From an uncultured Gemmataceae bacterium (GTDB lineage Bacteria > Planctomycetota > Planctomycetia > Gemmatales > Gemmataceae): 64,000 nucleotides of DNA. The position numbers and the translations under genes were made by a program. Below, piece after piece: positions 59,331-64,000 of the stretch (its first letter is position 1; each line of letters begins with the position of its first letter). The stretch is taken from positions 3,040,001 through 3,104,000 of the forward strand of contig CAVVPN010000003.1 of NCBI GenBank assembly GCA_963750165.1, in the 5' to 3' direction. The notes beneath the pieces are model-generated. The model had not been told where the DNA came from and did no database searches. It saw only the letters and a program-made list of their open reading frames with translations.

Positions 59331-60557
59331 TTAATGACGGAACAGGTACACACTGCCGCCGGCGCCGGCCGCGGCGAGATGGCGGCCGTCGGCGGCGAAC
59401 GCCAGGGCGTGCATCTCGTCCGGCAACGTCCAGGCGTGCGCCGGCTGCCCGGTCGCAGTCCGCCAGAGGACCACGCGCCGGTCCTTGCCCGCCGTCGCCA
59501 GCAGCTTGCCGTCCGGCGCGAACGCCAGCGCCCGCACCGTCGCGGTCTCGCCCTTGACCGGATGGCCCGCCAGCGTCCGCACCATCTTCGGCGGCGTCCG
59601 GCGCACGTCCCAGCAGGGGACCTCCGCGGCGTCCCCGGTGAATGCCAACGTTTTATTGTCCGGCGACAGGGCCACCACCCGGGCGCGGGCCTTGGGGATG
59701 TCGAGTTCCTTCATGAACTTGCCACCGACATCCCACAGCCGCAGCGGGCTCCCGGCAAGGGGACTGCCCGCGGCCAGCAGCGTGCCGTCCGGCGTGATCG
59801 CCACGGAGGACACTGCCGCCGTGATTTGCTCCTCGGGCAGGACGCCCCACAATTCAGGCTCCTGTTCGCGCAGATCCCACAGCCGCATCACCGGGCCGAA
59901 GCAACCGCTGACGAGCATCTTGCCATTCGGGGAGTACAGCAGCACGAACGGCCGGTGCGTGTGGCCCGACAGGGCGGCGGCCTCCCTCGGCTGCTTGCCG
60001 GTGAGGTTCCACAGCTGCACGCGCGTGTCGCCGCGGCCGGTCGCCAGCGTCTTGCCGTCCGGGCAAAAAGCGACGCCGCTGGAGCTGGCCTGCAAGGTGG
60101 CCCACGCGCGCCCGGTGGGGCCGTCCAGCTTCCACAGCCGCACGGTGCCGTCCAGGCTGCTCGACGCCAGGGTGACACCGTCGGGCGCGAACGCCAGACT
60201 GGTGACGGTGCGCGTGTGGCCCCGCAGCACGGCGACGAGCGTTTTTGGCTGGTTGTCGATGCGGTCGTTGGCGTCGATTTTGGCGGCGTCGAGTTTGTCC
60301 AGCGGCGACGGCAGATCCAACAGGGCCACGGCGGCTTTGCGGGCGGCTTCGGTGCCGGGGTAGGTGCGCTGCAGGGCCAGCAGGTCGAGGCGCAACTGGG
60401 CCGGGTTCGACGTGGTGTCGCTCAGGCGCTTCAGCAGCGGTTGCAGCGCCGCGGCAGCTTGTTTGGCCGTGTCGGCGGGGACGGCCGCAGGCGAGTCGGC
60501 GCGGGCGGCGCAGGCCCCGATGGCCAGTGTCAGGAGGGCAGCGGAAAGGCGGCTCAT
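59331..60557 (-). CDS. Exported WD40-repeat protein
   Basis: Signal peptide; GH...LAFAPDG...LW repeats. Confidence 0.92.
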   Translation of the reverse strand: MSRLSAALLTLAIGACAARADSPAAVPADTAKQAAAALQPLLKRLSDTTSNPAQLRLDLLALQRTYPGTEAARKAAVALLDLPSPLDKLDAAKIDANDRIDNQPKTLVAVLRGHTRTVTSLAFAPDGVTLASSSLDGTVRLWKLDGPTGRAWATLQASSSGVAFCPDGKTLATGRGDTRVQLWNLTGKQPREAAALSGHTHRPFVLLYSPNGKMLVSGCFGPVMRLWDLREQEPELWGVLPEEQITAAVSSVAITPDGTLLAAGSPLAGSPLRLWDVGGKFMKELDIPKARARVVALSPDNKTLAFTGDAAEVPCWDVRRTPPKMVRTLAGHPVKGETATVRALAFAPDGKLLATAGKDRRVVLWRTATGQPAHAWTLPDEMHALAFAADGRHLAAAGAGGSVYLFRH

Positions 60558-60578
60558 TGATGAAATCTCCGTGGGCCA

Positions 60579-61350
60579 TCACGCGGGCCGCGGCGGCAGA
60601 AATTGCTGCGCCCAGGCGGCGTCCTCGGCGGGCAGCGGCGGCGTGGGCTCGTGGTTGTAAATAAACTCCCCATAGCCGGCAGAATCATAGACACGGTGCA
60701 GCACCGCTTGCAAGTCCACCGCGACATCCGGGTCCGGCGCACGCAACGGGATGCGGATGACGGGCAGAGGTTCGCGCAGGCGGATGGGGTATAACCCTGC
60801 TCGCCACAACTGTTCCGCGCGGCCGACCAGCACGCAGTAGTCGCACTCCGGCATGTCGTTGACCGGCATGCGCGGGCCGCCGCGCAACAGGTCGATTTCC
60901 ACCAGATGAACTCCGTTCGCCATCAACTGGTGGCGCTTGGTGAGGTACTGGTCGCGCTTGTCGCCCAGGTTTTTATTGGCCGGGCTGAGCAACTCGATGA
61001 CGGTCACCACCTGGAGGCCGGCACTGTCGTGGATCTCCAGGAACGCGCTGTGCTCAAGCTCCACCTCCGGGATCGAGACCTCGATCGGAACTGCCGCCAC
61101 GGTCGTCCTCGGCCCGGCCGGCGTCGCCGGGCGTCGGGACGCCAAGGACACGTCGGACCACCCCAACAACCTTGCGCCTTTGCTCATCGGGTTTCTGGAC
61201 GTAAAGATGGTCCTCGACTTTTACGAAGTAACGCGGGCGCACATGCACCCACAGGGCTTCCCGAAGGGCGGGGACGAATGTTTGGTGGAAATCATGCCAA
61301 ACATAGACATGTTCCAGATACGGATTCATCCCCGGAAACGGTGACGGCAT
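60579..61350 (-). CDS. DUF4058-family protein, apparent frameshift near 61160
   Basis: MPSPFPGMNPYLE, W.DFH; VIELLSPANK, YLTKR, HLVEIDLLRGG, LREPLP. Confidence 0.88.
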
Positions 61351-61461
61351 CGCGGCTCCTCCTTCGCCTCAAGAATGGATCACCGCCATCGTACTGGCAA
61401 CCGCCCGGCCGCCGCAATCTTTCCTTGCCGCGCCGCCGCCTTTAGAATGGCCAGCATCAAC

Positions 61462-61504
61462 GCCCCCTCACCCCCGACCCCTCTCCCCCCAGGGGCGAGG
61501 GGAG
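61462..61504. repeat. CCCTCACCCC-type REP upstream of acs
   Basis: GCCCCCTCACCCCCGACCCCTCTCCCCCCAGGGGCGAGGGGAG forms a hairpin. Confidence 0.65.
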
Positions 61505-61552
61505 TAACTGTGTCGTTCCGCGAGCCAGGCCGCCCCAGGAGGTTTCCCAAAA

Positions 61553-63515
<1,963 letters not shown>

Positions 63516-63597
63516 CGGTGCGTTGAGCGTGTCCTGTGAAGTCTGCCAGCGTCAGGCGCTACAGTTGGGAAGCAAGGGGCTTGCGCACCCCGCACGC

Positions 63598-63949
63598 TGG
63601 AGCGGTTCGCAGACGACTGTAGCGGTCGTGTCTTTCGCCCCGAAGGGGCGGGACAACTTAGGACATGGTCAAGAACAACTTCCCGAATTTAGGCACCCCA
63701 GTGCCGTCCAAATCGGGAAGTAATTGTTGACCATATCCTTAGCCCAGGGCAACGCCCTGGGAACCAGGGAGGGACTGCTTTCTTCCGTGCCCTGAAGGGG
63801 CACCACAACAACGCTTGGGGTGCCCCTTCAGGGCACGGAAGAGAGAAGAGGGTGGGGTCGCATCGGCGTCCCCAGGGCGTTGCCCTGGGCTAAGTTGTCC
63901 CGCCCCTTCGGGGCGAAGAACCCGCCACACCCGAACGCAACGCGCTCTA
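63598..63949. repeat. Composite nested REP palindrome (CCCAGGGCAACGCCCTGGG / GCCCTGAAGGGGC family) inside GAGCGGTTCGC...GCGCTCTA ends
   Basis: Arms 63631-63762 and 63869-63919 mirror each other; inner stem at 63785-63841. Confidence 0.8.
63661..63738. mobile_element. 78-bp MITE with TTA target duplication
   Basis: Ends GGACATGGTCAA / TTGACCATATCC; TTA at 63658-60 and 63739-41; the mirror arm of the host palindrome has a single TTA. Confidence 0.8.
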
Positions 63950-64000
63950 TTGCACGCGGTTGGACTGGCAAGCCCGTCAGATCCTGGCGGCCTACCGGAC

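Overview
GC-rich bacterial chromosomal window, most likely a planctomycete of the Gemmataceae type. This is inferred from a 'RPxLxxLEDR' leader, DUF1080, DUF4058, a 'DxxGDPLPxGAxARLG' WD40 protein and planctomycete-style palindromic repeats. The centrepiece (14.5-31.2 kb) is a complete group 1h (high-affinity, atmospheric-H2 type) [NiFe]-hydrogenase locus: hypFCD-x-hypE, hhySL, NifU-like, DUF5947- and DUF6084-like genes, conserved hypotheticals, an unexpected YceI gene, a maturation protease and hypAB. Around it are a LytS/LytTR pair, a membrane-bound sigma-54 activator facing a -24/-12 promoter, a Ser/Thr kinase, pdxJ, HU, an FHA-GAF-PP2C phosphatase, a short viperin-like radical SAM gene next to a stand-alone Toprim gene, a CaMKII-hub-like protein, an NCS2/nucleoside hydrolase/nitrilase cluster, tandem DUF2330 paralogues and acs. 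Intergenic DNA is dense with several REP-like hairpin families, MITE-like shells, one MITE with a demonstrable TTA duplication and a solitary attC-like site. Some repeats have become coding sequence. About ten small frameshifts, several in homopolymers, suggest long-read assembly errors rather than true pseudogenes. No rRNA, tRNA or CRISPR array was recognised. All family calls come from motif recognition, not database searches.
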